A stretch of 64,000 nucleotides of DNA from NCBI GenBank assembly GCA_963827865.1, contig CAWHCO010000005.1:43068-107067 (forward strand), written 5' to 3'. This stretch comes from an uncultured bacterium. Its GTDB lineage: Bacteria; Actinomycetota; Acidimicrobiia; Spongiisociales; UBA4744. Positions 9,797 through 20,451 of this stretch are shown piece after piece. The notes under the pieces were generated by a model, which saw only the letters and a program-made list of their open reading frames with translations, ran no database searches and was not told the origin of the DNA. The first letter of the stretch is position 1, and each line of letters begins with the position of its first letter. The translations under genes and the position numbers were made by a program.

Positions 9797-11959
9797 TCAG
9801 CGCGGAACGAGACGATACGCGTCGTAGACACCTTCGATGCCCCTGAGACCCACAACCAGACGGTCGAGCTGGCCGGGATCAGACAACTCGACCTCGTACC
9901 TGAGCAACGCGGTCCGATCGCTGCTCGTCGTCGACGACGATGCTCGGATGTCGCCGCCAACTCCGGAGATCCACTCGGTGACGTCACGCAACATGCGCGG
10001 TCGGTCGAGGGCCTCGATCTGAATCCACACCGAGAACCGCCCTACCCTGTCCAGCGCCCAGGCGACGTCGATCATCCGTTCTTCGCCCAATGCGTCGATG
10101 TTCGTGCAATCCGAACGGTGGACCGACACTCCACGCCCGACCGTCACGAACCCGACGATGTCGTCGCCTGGAACGGGGGCACAGCATCGAGCGATCCGCA
10201 CCCAGACGTCTTCCAGACCCTCGACGATCACGCCGACCCCGCCGCCGTCGGAGCGTGGCTGCACCGGTGGCAGCTCCGGCAGAGCGGCTTCGGCCGCCTC
10301 CTCCTGCTCGGGTCTTGCGAGACGCACGAGACGGGCGACAACGGTGGAACCGGCAACGCCCGCTTCGCCAACCGCGATGAACAACGAGTCGAGGTCCCGC
10401 TGACCCATTCGCCCGGCGACCTCTCTCAGAAGCTCATCCCGTCGGTTCGAGTGCAGTCCCAGCCCTTCCTTGCGAAGGAGTGACAGAACCGTCTCCCTTC
10501 CCTTCTCGAGCGCGGCGACGCGGCGTTCCTTCCCAAACCACTGTCGGATCTTCGCTCTGGCCCGCGAGGTGCGCACGAACGCCAACCAGTCTCTGCTCGG
10601 CCCCGCGTCCTGTGCCTTGGAAGTGACCACCTCGACGATGTCTCCGGACTCCAGTCTCGTGTCGAGCGGGACCAACCGGCCGTTGACCTTCGCGCCGATG
10701 CACCGGTGTCCTACCTCGGTATGGACGCTATACGCGAAATCGACCGGGGTAGCCCCCCTCGGAAGCGTCTTGACCTCTCCCTTCGGCGTGAGAATGAACA
10801 CTTCGTCCTGGTAAAGGTCGAGTTTTAGGCTCGCCAGGAACTCCGTCGGATCCTCGTACTCGTCCTGAAGGAAACGCATGTCGGCGATCCACGGAAGCGA
10901 CTCGGCCGTCTCGCCCTCCTTGTATCGCCAGTGTGCGGCGATTCCGAACTCGGCGCGCTCGTGCATGTCCCTCGTGCGGATCTGAACCTCGAGCGGACTT
11001 CCACCCGGCCCGATCACCGTCGTGTGCAAGCTCTGGTACAGGTTGAACTTGGGCATCGCGATGTAGTCCTTGAACCGCCCATGCACGGGAGGCCAGGTGG
11101 AGTGGATCACACCGAGTACCGCGTAACAGTCCCGAACGTCTTCGACGATCACTCTGATCCCGATGAGGTCGTGGATGTTCTCGAACGGAAGGCCGCTGGC
11201 CACCATCTTGCGGTAGATCGAGTATTGGTGCTTAGGTCGGCCGCTCACTTCGCCTTTGATGCCGGCCGAGTCGAGCAGTTCCCGCACCGTGTCTACGACG
11301 TCGCCCAGAAACGCCTCCCGCAGAGGTGCACGCTGCTCGAGAAGCGCATTGATCTCGGCGTTTCGCCTCGGATACAGGATAGCGAAACACCTGTCTTCCA
11401 TCTCGTGTTTGATCTCCTGGACTCCGAGCCGGTGAGCAAGCGGGGCATACACCTCGAGACTCTCTCGAGCGATCCGCTGTTGCTTCTCCTCGGGGAAAGG
11501 CCAGATCGTCCGCAGATTGTGCAGACGGTCCGCGAGCTTGATCAGCAGAACCCGAACGTCCTTTGCAAGAGCGACGACGAGCTTCCTGATCGTCGCGGCC
11601 TGCGCCTCCTCCCGCGACCCGAACTTGATCAAGTCGAGTTTCGTCACTCCATCGATCAGCTCGGCGACGTGACCACCGAACTGCTCGGCCACCTGTTCGA
11701 GCGTCAGGTCGGTGTCTTCGACCGTATCGTGTAACAGGGCGGCGCACAGTGTTTCGGCGTCCAAACCGTACTCCGCGAGGATCTCTGTCACCGCAATCGG
11801 GTGTGTGATATAGGGATCCCCCGTTTGACGCATTTGTCCCTCGTGGCGATCCCTGGCGAGAACATAGGCCTCGGACAGTAGCGACGCATCGGCAGCGGGA
11901 TGGTGAGCGCGAAACGAGTCGAGAACCCTCTCCATCCCCTCTTGCGAGAGGTCAGGCAT
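9797..11959 (-). CDS. relA: Bifunctional (p)ppGpp synthetase/hydrolase
   Basis: 720 aa. HD domain (HDTVEDT), RelA/SpoT synthetase region (YIAMPKFNLYQSLHTTV), TGS and ACT-like C-terminus. Confidence 0.95.
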   Translation of the reverse strand: MPDLSQEGMERVLDSFRAHHPAADASLLSEAYVLARDRHEGQMRQTGDPYITHPIAVTEILAEYGLDAETLCAALLHDTVEDTDLTLEQVAEQFGGHVAELIDGVTKLDLIKFGSREEAQAATIRKLVVALAKDVRVLLIKLADRLHNLRTIWPFPEEKQQRIARESLEVYAPLAHRLGVQEIKHEMEDRCFAILYPRRNAEINALLEQRAPLREAFLGDVVDTVRELLDSAGIKGEVSGRPKHQYSIYRKMVASGLPFENIHDLIGIRVIVEDVRDCYAVLGVIHSTWPPVHGRFKDYIAMPKFNLYQSLHTTVIGPGGSPLEVQIRTRDMHERAEFGIAAHWRYKEGETAESLPWIADMRFLQDEYEDPTEFLASLKLDLYQDEVFILTPKGEVKTLPRGATPVDFAYSVHTEVGHRCIGAKVNGRLVPLDTRLESGDIVEVVTSKAQDAGPSRDWLAFVRTSRARAKIRQWFGKERRVAALEKGRETVLSLLRKEGLGLHSNRRDELLREVAGRMGQRDLDSLFIAVGEAGVAGSTVVARLVRLARPEQEEAAEAALPELPPVQPRSDGGGVGVIVEGLEDVWVRIARCCAPVPGDDIVGFVTVGRGVSVHRSDCTNIDALGEERMIDVAWALDRVGRFSVWIQIEALDRPRMLRDVTEWISGVGGDIRASSSTTSSDRTALLRYEVELSDPGQLDRLVVGLRGIEGVYDAYRLVPR

Positions 11960-12470
11960 ACGTTACGAGCGCGTGGAGGTCGGCCCCATTCAGAGAAGCT
12001 CTGCCACCGAGGAACGCCAACTCGATGAATACCGCGACGCCAATGACTTCGGCATCGAGTCGTTCGACCAACCTGATCGCTGCAGCCGCTGTTCCGCCGG
12101 TTGCGAGCACGTCGTCGACGATGAGCACCCTGTCGCCCGAGCGAAGCGCATCCTTGTGCATCTCGAGCGCGTCCGTCCCATACTCCAACTCGTATGTCTC
12201 CCGAATGACATCGGCAGGCAGCTTGCCCGGCTTGCGAATCGGGACGAACCCCGCACCGAGCTGCTCGGCGACCGGGGTCGCGAGGATGAATCCACGGGCT
12301 TCGATACCGACGACCTTCGTGACGGACCCTGTTTCGTAGGGGGCACAGAGCTGGTCGATCAGCATCGAGAAAGCACCCGCATCGGCGAGGACCGGTGTGA
12401 TGTCCTTGAAGACGACCCCCGGCTTCGGGAAATCGGGGACGTCACGAATCAGATCGGCGAACTCGAACAC
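11952..12470 (-). CDS. apt: Adenine phosphoribosyltransferase
   Basis: 172 aa. FKDITPVL and the PRPP motif VLIVDDVLATGGTA. Confidence 0.95.
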   Translation of the reverse strand: MFEFADLIRDVPDFPKPGVVFKDITPVLADAGAFSMLIDQLCAPYETGSVTKVVGIEARGFILATPVAEQLGAGFVPIRKPGKLPADVIRETYELEYGTDALEMHKDALRSGDRVLIVDDVLATGGTAAAAIRLVERLDAEVIGVAVFIELAFLGGRASLNGADLHALVTYA

Positions 12471-12488
12471 CGGCTGATTCTACCTCGT

Positions 12489-13541
12489 TCAGCGCTTCCG
12501 GCCCTTCTTGGGAGGCCGAGGTGCGGCCCCGCTCTTGTGAGACGGTGCCTGCTTGGTCACGGTGGCACTCTTCGGTGTCTCCGCGTCGGAACTCCGGCCG
12601 CGGTCCCGGCGGCGGCGAACCCGAGCCCACTCGTCCTCTTGCTCTTTCCAGGAAGCGAGGATCGGCGACGCTACTGCGATCGATGAGTACGTACCCGCGG
12701 CGATACCGACGAACAGTGCCAACGCGAAGTCGCGGAGCGTCTGAGCGCCGAGCAGGAACGAACCCACGAAGAGCAGGCTCCCGACCGGAAGCAGACTGGT
12801 CAGCGACGTGTTGATCGAACGCATCAGCACCTGATTCATGGATCGGTTGACGAGTTCCGTGATCGTTATGCGCTCCGTGTGAAGCTCCTCGACGTTCTCC
12901 TTGACCTTGTCGAATACGACCACCGTGTCGTAGAGGGAGTAGCCCAGGATCGTCAAGACTCCGATCACGGTTGCCGGTGTGACCTCGAACCTCGTCAGCG
13001 CATACACACCGAACGTGATGACGAGGTCGTGGAACAACGCGGCGATACCCGCCACCGCCATCTTCCACTCGAGTCGCCACGACATGAACAACACGACTGC
13101 AGCCAGGAACACGACGAGGGCGGTGGCGGCACGCTTCGTGATCTGGGCCCCGAAGGTAGGTCCGACCTGGTTGAGTGAGAGCTCGTTGAGCGTCGTACCT
13201 GTTGCGTCGGCGACCGCCTGCTGGAACTTCTCGGACTCAGTCGACGTCAATGATCCGACCTGGACCCGAATGTCGGCCCCGCCGGCGAGTTCCTGGATCT
13301 TCGCCTCCTGCAATCCGAGCCGAGCAAGGGCAGACCGCATGTCCGCCACGCTGGCACCAGCCGGATTGGCGGTCTCGACGGCGACACCGCCTCTGAAATC
13401 CAGGCTCAAGTTGAGTCCGAAAACGATGAGAGCGAGAAACGAGATAAGGACCAGAGCGGCCGAAATGGTCAACCAGATTCGCTTCGCTCCAACGAAGTCG
13501 AAGGAGGTTTCTCCTCGGTAGAGGCGTGTGATGAGATTCAT
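12489..13541 (-). CDS. secF: Protein translocase subunit SecF
   Basis: 350 aa with the SecF N-terminus and six-TM pattern (GLNLSLDFRGG, ILGYSLYDTVVVFD). Confidence 0.95.
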   Translation of the reverse strand: MNLITRLYRGETSFDFVGAKRIWLTISAALVLISFLALIVFGLNLSLDFRGGVAVETANPAGASVADMRSALARLGLQEAKIQELAGGADIRVQVGSLTSTESEKFQQAVADATGTTLNELSLNQVGPTFGAQITKRAATALVVFLAAVVLFMSWRLEWKMAVAGIAALFHDLVITFGVYALTRFEVTPATVIGVLTILGYSLYDTVVVFDKVKENVEELHTERITITELVNRSMNQVLMRSINTSLTSLLPVGSLLFVGSFLLGAQTLRDFALALFVGIAAGTYSSIAVASPILASWKEQEDEWARVRRRRDRGRSSDAETPKSATVTKQAPSHKSGAAPRPPKKGRKR

Positions 13542-15169
13542 GATGCCTCCTGCACTCCACCTGCTGCTGCTCGAATACTGAACCGACCTCTTTCGCCGAG
13601 CCCACTATGTGCAATCGCGCTCACCGCATTCCGGGTGAAGAAGTAGGCGACGAGGATGTCAAGGAAGGTCGCGATGCCCAGCGTGAGGGCAAAGCCCTTC
13701 ACCGGGCCGACGGCGAGCAGCCACAGCAGGACGGCAGCCAGAATCGAGACCGTGTCGGCCGTGAGGATCGTGTGAAACGCCCGAGAGAACCCTTCATCCA
13801 CCGCTGCCTTCATCGTTCGACCGCGGTGAAGTTCCTCTTTGATCCGCTCATAGAACACGATGTACGAGTCGGCGGTGATGCCGACCGACACGACGATGCC
13901 GGTCACGCCGGCAAGGGTCAGGGTGAGCCCCGAGGTCCTGCTCAGGAGCCCGAGCACGATCAGCATCAATGACCCGAACACGCTCAGACCGAGGATCGTC
14001 ACCGCGCCGAGAGACCGGTAGTAGAGCAACATGTAGATTGCGACCAGGATCAAGCCCGCAAGCCCGGCGATGAGCCCCGACCGCAGCGAGTCCGACCCGA
14101 GCGTCGCAGACACACTCTGCACCTGATCCTGCTCGAAGCTCACCGGGAGGGAGCCGTAGCGGAGGATCACGGCGAGGTCCTGTGCCTGGGCCTGCTGGTT
14201 GTCACCGGTGCCCAATGTGATGACGGCGCTGCCGCCCGCAATGCCGGTGTTGGCATCGACGTTCGACGCCACCTGCGGGGCAGAGATGACCTTCCCGTCG
14301 AGCACGATGGCGATCTGGCGCTGCGGGTCGCCCGTCGAGAACTGCGCAGCGGCCCGGGTGAGCTCCTGGAACTTGCGAGCCCCGTCATCGTTGAGTTTGA
14401 GGTCGACCTGCCATTGGCCGGTGGTCTGGCTGAAGTTGGCTAGGGCCTCGGTGATGTCCGAACCCGTCATCGGGTCGGGAGTGCCGTTGGTGGGAGTCCC
14501 ATCACCACCGTCTTGGCATGTCGCGAGTGTCGTTCCGTCGTTGCACAGCGTTCCCACCTCGTACCCGGCGACGAGTTGGCCTTTCGCGTCGTAGTCGGGC
14601 ACCCATGAGTGCAGCAGATCGGGGCTGTCGCTGACCGTGAAGCCGGTCGTCGGGTCTACGCCGGCCGGGAGGGTTGTAGTGGTCGTGGGTGCTGCCGTCG
14701 TGGTGGTCGACCCGGTCGTCGTGGCACCCGCCGCTGTCGTGGTCGTTTCCCCGACCGATGTGGTAGTGGTCGTCTTAGGAGCCGTCGTTGTGGTGGTCGC
14801 ATCCAAGATCGGGCTCTGGAACGAGGCAGCGAAGACCGGTCGGAACGACAGCACGCCGGTCTGGCCAATCGCCTCGAGTGCCCGCTCCCTGTCGGTCACA
14901 CCGGGAAGCTGAACGAGAACGGCGTTGTTTCCGCTGATCGAGATCTCGGGCTCCTGCACTCCGAACGCCTCGATGCGCCCGCGCATGATCTCGACGGCCT
15001 TCGTCAGCACATCAGGATCGGTGCCATCCGGTGCGCGAAGAATCACCGATGTTCCACCCTTCAGGTCGAGACCGAGCTTGGGCGTGCTGTGGCTGGCAAG
15101 GACCGCCGCAACTCCCCCGTAGGCGAGCAGAAGCACGATCACGAGCGTGGTGATCCGCCGCGACATCAC
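13538..15169 (-). CDS. secD: Protein translocase subunit SecD (with Thr-rich insertion)
   Basis: 543 aa. LGLDLKGGTSVIL and GITADSYIVFYERIKEE. 4-nt overlap with secF. Confidence 0.95.
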   Translation of the reverse strand: MMSRRITTLVIVLLLAYGGVAAVLASHSTPKLGLDLKGGTSVILRAPDGTDPDVLTKAVEIMRGRIEAFGVQEPEISISGNNAVLVQLPGVTDRERALEAIGQTGVLSFRPVFAASFQSPILDATTTTTAPKTTTTTSVGETTTTAAGATTTGSTTTTAAPTTTTTLPAGVDPTTGFTVSDSPDLLHSWVPDYDAKGQLVAGYEVGTLCNDGTTLATCQDGGDGTPTNGTPDPMTGSDITEALANFSQTTGQWQVDLKLNDDGARKFQELTRAAAQFSTGDPQRQIAIVLDGKVISAPQVASNVDANTGIAGGSAVITLGTGDNQQAQAQDLAVILRYGSLPVSFEQDQVQSVSATLGSDSLRSGLIAGLAGLILVAIYMLLYYRSLGAVTILGLSVFGSLMLIVLGLLSRTSGLTLTLAGVTGIVVSVGITADSYIVFYERIKEELHRGRTMKAAVDEGFSRAFHTILTADTVSILAAVLLWLLAVGPVKGFALTLGIATFLDILVAYFFTRNAVSAIAHSGLGERGRFSIRAAAGGVQEAS

Positions 15170-15450
15170 TTCTCCAGCTTCCCGGCGACCGCCCGCCGGG
15201 AGATGCGCATGCGTCCTTCTTCGAGGCGGATCACGACGGAATCGTCATCCAGACCGACCACGACGCCGTGCACGCCCCCGTAGGTCTGGACCTTGTCACC
15301 GACCTCCAAAGCGGCTGCGAGCTGTTGCTGCTGCTTCGTCCTGACGCGTTGCGGTCGGATCAGCAAGAAATAGAACATCCCGATGAGCAACGCCAGGAAG
15401 ATCAACGAGGTCCATAGGCTTCCACCTGTGGCATCTGTTTGAGCAAGCAC
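15166..15450 (-). CDS. yajC: Preprotein translocase subunit YajC
   Basis: 94 aa. FYFLLIRPQRVRTKQQQQL...GDKVQTYGGVHGVV is typical YajC. Confidence 0.85.
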   Translation of the reverse strand: MLAQTDATGGSLWTSLIFLALLIGMFYFLLIRPQRVRTKQQQQLAAALEVGDKVQTYGGVHGVVVGLDDDSVVIRLEEGRMRISRRAVAGKLEK

Positions 15451-15500
15451 GCGCTACCTTCTTTGTGACGAGTGGAGGCTCACGCCCGGCGAGCCGGCGG

Positions 15501-17615
15501 TCATGCTAGCGACTCGCCGGAGACTGCAGAAACTCTCCGTTCGATCGTCGAGGCCATGAACCGCTCGAAGCGCCCCTCCACGATGGCTTCCCGCATGGCG
15601 CCCATGAGGCTCAGGGTGTAGGTGAGATTGTGCATCGTCAGAAGTCGGAGGCCGGTCGGTTCCCCGGTCTGGACGAGATGGCGAAGGTAGCCCCGGCTGT
15701 ACGATGTGCAGGTTCTGCAACCGCACGATACGTCGAGTGGGCCGTTCGAACGGGCGTGCTCTGCCCGACGGATGCTGTAGTCACCCTCAGGGGTGAGGAT
15801 CTTCCCGTGCCTGGCGAGTCGTGTCGGCAGAACACAGTCGAAGAGGTCGATTCCACGCGCGACCGCACGCAGCATGCCTTCCGTGTCGCCCAACCCCATC
15901 GTGTAGCGCACCCGGTCTTCCGGCAGCTCACCAACGACGACCTCGATGGCCCTGTCGCGTTCTGCGTCTGACTCCCCGACGGACAACCCGCCGACGGCGT
16001 ACCCCTCGAATCCAAGTTCGGCCGTCCTTGCAGCGCTCTCCACGCGAAGTGACGGATCGGTGCCGCCTTGCACGATCCCGAACATCGACTGATCCTCTCG
16101 CCGTCTCGCCAGCATGGACCGTTCGGCCCATCGAAGCGTCCGCTGCATGGCCGCCTCCACGACAGGACGTGCAGCCGGAAGCCCCACCAGTACATCGAGC
16201 GCAACTGCGACGTCTGAACCGAGGTCCTCCTGGACGGCCACCGCCCGCTCAGGTGTCAGTTCGACGCGAGATCCGTCGTAGGTCGATCGAAACGCGACAC
16301 CGCTCTCGCTCACCTTGGCGTCCAGCGAGAACACCTGGTAGCCGCCAGAGTCGGTGAGGATCGGCCCACGCCAGTTCATGAACTCGTGAAGGCCCCCCAG
16401 GTCGCGTACGACGTCCGCGCCGGGACGCAACATCAGGTGGTATGTGTTCGACAGCACCATGTGCGCGCCGAGGCACGCGAGATCGTCCCCATCGAGGGTT
16501 TTCACGGTGCCGCGTGTGCCAACCGGCATGAATGCCGGAGTCGCGACCGCTCCGTGGGGAGTGTGAAACACCCCGGACCGAGCCATGCCGTCCCGTGCTT
16601 CGATCTCGAGCCTCATGCCGCGCTCCGTGAACATGGCATCCCCGAACGACAAGAACCGGTAGTCGCGTTCGAGGGCCGTTTCGTACACATGCTTCCACGG
16701 CTCCCCGACAAACGCAGCGACCAACACGATCAGAGTTGACCGAGGGACATGGAAGTTGGTGACCATCGCGTCCACCGCGCCGAAGCGGTGTCCGGGTCGA
16801 ATGAACAACTCCGTCGAAGCCGACCCTGGGTGAAGCTGCCCGTCCTGGACCGCCGACTCGAGGGCTCGCACCACGGTCGTTCCGATCGCGACGACCCTTC
16901 CGCCTCGTCGCCTCGCCGCCTCGAACGCGACTGCCGTCTCCACAGGGACGTCGAAGCGCTCGCTGTGCATCTGGTGCGCATCGACGGTCTCTTCGGCAAT
17001 AGGTCTGAACGTGTCGATACCGACTTGGAGATCGATCGACGCCACCTGCACACCTCGATTGACGAACTCGGCCAGCACTCGGGTGCTGAAGTGCAGCCCG
17101 GCGGTCGGTGCAGCGGCCGACCCGAGCTTCTTCGCGAACACTGTCTGGTACTCCGAGGGATCAGCAAGCGGCGTAGTTATGTACGGTGGAAGGGGCACCT
17201 CACCCATCTCGCCTGCCAGTGCCTCGACGTCCCCGTCGAACCGCAACGTCGTATGTCCCGATGCTGGTTGCGCCAGCACGATTGCACTCTCCGTTCCGAA
17301 ACGGAGCCGGGTGCCTGCTCTCACCCTCCGTGCCGGCCGGATCAGTACCTCCCAGCTCCCCCGGCCCTTCTCACCCAGCAGCAGGACCTCAACCGCTCCG
17401 CCCGTGTCCTGCTTCGTGCCTCGGAGTCGGGCCGCTCGCACCTTCGTGGTGTTCAGGACGACGAGGTCCCCCGCATCGAGCATGCCCGGCAGTTCGGAGA
17501 AGCGGCGATCTTCGAGACTTCGACAGTCGAGCAGACGCGCCGACTCCCGTGGCGTCACGGGACGCTGGGCGATGGCAGCGGCCGGCAGCTCATAGTCGAA
17601 GTCGTCGGTGCGCAA
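15501..17615 (-). CDS. queA-tgt: Fused S-adenosylmethionine:tRNA ribosyltransferase-isomerase (QueA) / queuine tRNA-ribosyltransferase (Tgt)
   Basis: One uninterrupted 704-aa ORF. Residues 1-333 are QueA (FDYELPAAAIAQRP..., YRFLSFGDAMF). Residues 334-704 are Tgt starting exactly at its usual Met (MRLEIEARDGMARSGVFHTPHGAVATPAFMPVGTRGTVK) with the zinc motif CGCRTC...H. Confidence 0.85.
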   Translation of the reverse strand: MRTDDFDYELPAAAIAQRPVTPRESARLLDCRSLEDRRFSELPGMLDAGDLVVLNTTKVRAARLRGTKQDTGGAVEVLLLGEKGRGSWEVLIRPARRVRAGTRLRFGTESAIVLAQPASGHTTLRFDGDVEALAGEMGEVPLPPYITTPLADPSEYQTVFAKKLGSAAAPTAGLHFSTRVLAEFVNRGVQVASIDLQVGIDTFRPIAEETVDAHQMHSERFDVPVETAVAFEAARRRGGRVVAIGTTVVRALESAVQDGQLHPGSASTELFIRPGHRFGAVDAMVTNFHVPRSTLIVLVAAFVGEPWKHVYETALERDYRFLSFGDAMFTERGMRLEIEARDGMARSGVFHTPHGAVATPAFMPVGTRGTVKTLDGDDLACLGAHMVLSNTYHLMLRPGADVVRDLGGLHEFMNWRGPILTDSGGYQVFSLDAKVSESGVAFRSTYDGSRVELTPERAVAVQEDLGSDVAVALDVLVGLPAARPVVEAAMQRTLRWAERSMLARRREDQSMFGIVQGGTDPSLRVESAARTAELGFEGYAVGGLSVGESDAERDRAIEVVVGELPEDRVRYTMGLGDTEGMLRAVARGIDLFDCVLPTRLARHGKILTPEGDYSIRRAEHARSNGPLDVSCGCRTCTSYSRGYLRHLVQTGEPTGLRLLTMHNLTYTLSLMGAMREAIVEGRFERFMASTIERRVSAVSGESLA

Positions 17616-17617
17616 GG

Positions 17618-18628
17618 TCAGTCGAGCAGGGTAGGTTGATGGGGAGGCTCGAGCCCGAGATGCCGGAACGCTGCGGGTGTGGCGACACGGCCCCGCTGCG
17701 TCCGTTTCAGCAGACCGCGCTTCAGCAGGAACGGCTCATACGCTTCCTCGACGGTCTCTGCTTCCTCCCCGACGACGATCGCCAGCGTGGAGAGCCCGAC
17801 GGGCCCCCCACCGAACGTCTCCACGATGGCTCGGAGAATGTCGAGATCGACTCGATCCAGCCCGAGTTCGTCCACTTCGAACACGCGCAATGCCTCATTC
17901 GCGGTGTCCGTATCGACGATGCCCGCTGCTCGCGCGACGGCAAAGTCGCGAACCCTGGCAAGGAGCCTGTTGGCAATTCGAGGAGTTCCTCTGCTTCTGC
18001 CCGCGACGATCGCCGCACCCGATTCGTCGATCGTCACTCCCAAGATGCCCGCCGACCGGAGGACGATTCGCGACAGCTCGGCGTCGGAGTAGAACTCCAG
18101 CTTGTCGACGATCCCGAACCGATCCCTCAGTGGAGCCGTCACCTTGCCCTTCCGTGTGGTCGCCCCGACGAGCGTGAACCGTGGCAGCTCCAGGCGAATC
18201 GACTGCGCCGACGGCCCTTTCCCAAGAACGATGTCGAGTCGGAAGTCCTCCATGGCGGGATAGAGCACCTCTTCCACGGCCCGAGGGAGACGGTGAATCT
18301 CGTCGATGAAGAGCACCTCGCCCTCCTCCAGGTTGGAGACGATCGATGCGACGTCCCCCGGACGCTCGAGAGCCGGTCCCGAGGTCACCCTTATTCGGGT
18401 CCCCAGTTCGGCTGCGATGATCCCTGCGAGCGTCGTCTTGCCGAGCCCGGGCGGTCCCGACAACAGGACGTGATCGAGAGGATGCTCGAGTTGTCTGGCT
18501 GCCTCGAGACTGATCCTCAGCCGTTCCTTGACGTTGCCCTGTCCGATGAACTCGTCCAGCCGAGTCGGGCGGAGAGTTTCGTCGGTGTCGTCGGGCAACC
18601 GTTCGGACGTGAGGATGTCTTCTCTCAT
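17618..18628 (-). CDS. ruvB: Holliday junction branch migration ATPase RuvB
   Basis: 336 aa. Walker [20 protein letters not shown], and the RuvB C-terminal winged helix. Confidence 0.95.
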   Translation of the reverse strand: MREDILTSERLPDDTDETLRPTRLDEFIGQGNVKERLRISLEAARQLEHPLDHVLLSGPPGLGKTTLAGIIAAELGTRIRVTSGPALERPGDVASIVSNLEEGEVLFIDEIHRLPRAVEEVLYPAMEDFRLDIVLGKGPSAQSIRLELPRFTLVGATTRKGKVTAPLRDRFGIVDKLEFYSDAELSRIVLRSAGILGVTIDESGAAIVAGRSRGTPRIANRLLARVRDFAVARAAGIVDTDTANEALRVFEVDELGLDRVDLDILRAIVETFGGGPVGLSTLAIVVGEEAETVEEAYEPFLLKRGLLKRTQRGRVATPAAFRHLGLEPPHQPTLLD

Positions 18629-19194
18629 CGCTTCCCCAGTTCCTTCAGTGCGAGCCTGAGCGATTCTTCCACGGACAGGTCCTCGGGCAACGAGGCGACC
18701 ACCTCGCGAAGCTCCGTCGGCGCATAGCCGAGCCCTTCGAGCGCATCACGGATTTGCGCCCGGGTGCCAGATCCCATGACATCCGCTTCCACACCGACGA
18801 TGCGGGGGCGGAGCTCGAGGATGAGCTTCTGGGCGCTTCGAGAACCGATGCCGGGCACTACGGTGAGGGCGGCGGCATCCTCCGAAACGACAGCACGACG
18901 AATCTCGTCGGTGCGCAGACTCGCCATCATGGCCATCGCCAGCTTCGGACCGACGCCTGACGCTCCCAGGAGCAGCCGGAACAAGTCACGGTCGACTTGC
19001 TCGACGAACCCGTAGAGATCCAAGGCATCTTCCCGGACATGCAGGTGCGTGTGCAGACTCATCTCGGCCTCCCTCTCAGCAAGGCGCCCGAGATCCCTCG
19101 GAGTCATCGTGATCTCGAAACCGACACCGCCCACGCCCAGCACAATCTTGTCTGGTCCACGCGACATGACCGTTCCGCGCAGCACCCCGATCAC
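18625..19194 (-). CDS. ruvA: Holliday junction DNA helicase RuvA
   Basis: 189 aa. MIGVLRGTV..., HhH motifs ([22 protein letters not shown]). Confidence 0.9.
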   Translation of the reverse strand: MIGVLRGTVMSRGPDKIVLGVGGVGFEITMTPRDLGRLAEREAEMSLHTHLHVREDALDLYGFVEQVDRDLFRLLLGASGVGPKLAMAMMASLRTDEIRRAVVSEDAAALTVVPGIGSRSAQKLILELRPRIVGVEADVMGSGTRAQIRDALEGLGYAPTELREVVASLPEDLSVEESLRLALKELGKR

Positions 19195-19667
19195 GGAACC
19201 CTCCTCGAGAGGGCGTGCTGTTGAAGGTGGCAGAGAGCGATCGCGACGGCGTCGGCAGCGTCAGGGGGCGATGGAGGCTCCGGAAGGTTCATCCGGGCGG
19301 CAACCATGCGCTGCACCTGCTCCTTGGGGGCGCGTCCGTACCCTGCGACCGCCGACTTCACCGCCGAAGGGCTGTATTCGACTACCGGAATGCCCAGCTC
19401 GGCCGCGGCGATCATGGCAGCGCCGGACGCCCGCACGACCGAGGTGGCCGTCTGGAGATTCCGGTTGACGAAGACCTGCTCGATCGCCATCACCTCCGGT
19501 GAGAACTCCAGGATCAGGTCTGTGAGATCCCGGCGGATCTCCGCGAGTCTGGTCGGTATGGGATCTGCGGGGTTCGTTCTCACGACCCCGAGCGAGACGA
19601 CTTCACCGTTGCCGACGATTGCATAGCCGGTGGTGGTCAGCCCGGGATCGATGCCGAGAACGAACAT
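19191..19667 (-). CDS. ruvC: Crossover junction endodeoxyribonuclease RuvC
   Basis: 158 aa. MFVLGIDPGLTTTGYA..., EYSPSAVKSAVAGYG. Confidence 0.9.
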   Translation of the reverse strand: MFVLGIDPGLTTTGYAIVGNGEVVSLGVVRTNPADPIPTRLAEIRRDLTDLILEFSPEVMAIEQVFVNRNLQTATSVVRASGAAMIAAAELGIPVVEYSPSAVKSAVAGYGRAPKEQVQRMVAARMNLPEPPSPPDAADAVAIALCHLQQHALSRRVP

Positions 19668-19710
19668 ATGTACGGGAGTGTAACCGGCGAGCCGGGAGTC
19701 ACCACGGCTA

Positions 19711-20451
19711 TCAGGCCATCAAGTCGGCCATCACGTCATCGGGGATATCGAAGTTCGCGAACACCTCTTGGACGTCGTCGAGATCCTCGAGCGCGTCCAC
19801 GAGCCGAAGAATCTTCGGGGCGGTTGCACGATCAACGGGAACGACGGACTTCGGCAGATGGGTCACTTCTGCGCTCTCGATCTCGGTCGCGACCGCTGCC
19901 ACGGCGTCTCTCACCACCGTGAACAGCGCGGGCTCGCTGATCACCTCGAAAGCTCCATCGACAGGTCGTACGTCCTCGGCCCCTGCATCGAGCGCCGCGA
20001 GCATGATGTCGTCCTCGTCTCCACCGGCAACGACGTACCCCTTCTGCTCGAACAGGTACGCGACCGATCCCGGCTCGCCGAGGTTCCCGCCGTTGCGCGA
20101 GAAGGTCGATCTGACGTCGGATGCGGCCCTGTTCCGGTTGTCCGTCAGGATCTGCAGCAAGAGGGCGACCCCTCCCGGACCATACCCCTCATACCAGAAC
20201 TGTTCGTAATCGACTCCCTCGACCTCACCTGTCCCCCGCTTGATCGCGCGATCGATGTTGTCGTTGGGTACCGAAGCCGCTTTCGCCTTCTCGATGGCAT
20301 TGGCGAGCGCCGTGTTCCCGGCAGGGTCGCCACCGCCTTCTCTCGCCGTGACCTCGACAGTCTTGACGAGCTTCGCGAACAGTTTGCCTCGCTGCGCGTC
20401 CTTGGCACCCTTCTTGTGCTTGATCGTCGACCACTTGGAATGTCCGGACAT
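19711..20451 (-). CDS. yebC: YebC/PmpR family DNA-binding transcriptional regulator
   Basis: 246 aa. [28 protein letters not shown] is the family signature. Confidence 0.9.
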   Translation of the reverse strand: MSGHSKWSTIKHKKGAKDAQRGKLFAKLVKTVEVTAREGGGDPAGNTALANAIEKAKAASVPNDNIDRAIKRGTGEVEGVDYEQFWYEGYGPGGVALLLQILTDNRNRAASDVRSTFSRNGGNLGEPGSVAYLFEQKGYVVAGGDEDDIMLAALDAGAEDVRPVDGAFEVISEPALFTVVRDAVAAVATEIESAEVTHLPKSVVPVDRATAPKILRLVDALEDLDDVQEVFANFDIPDDVMADLMA

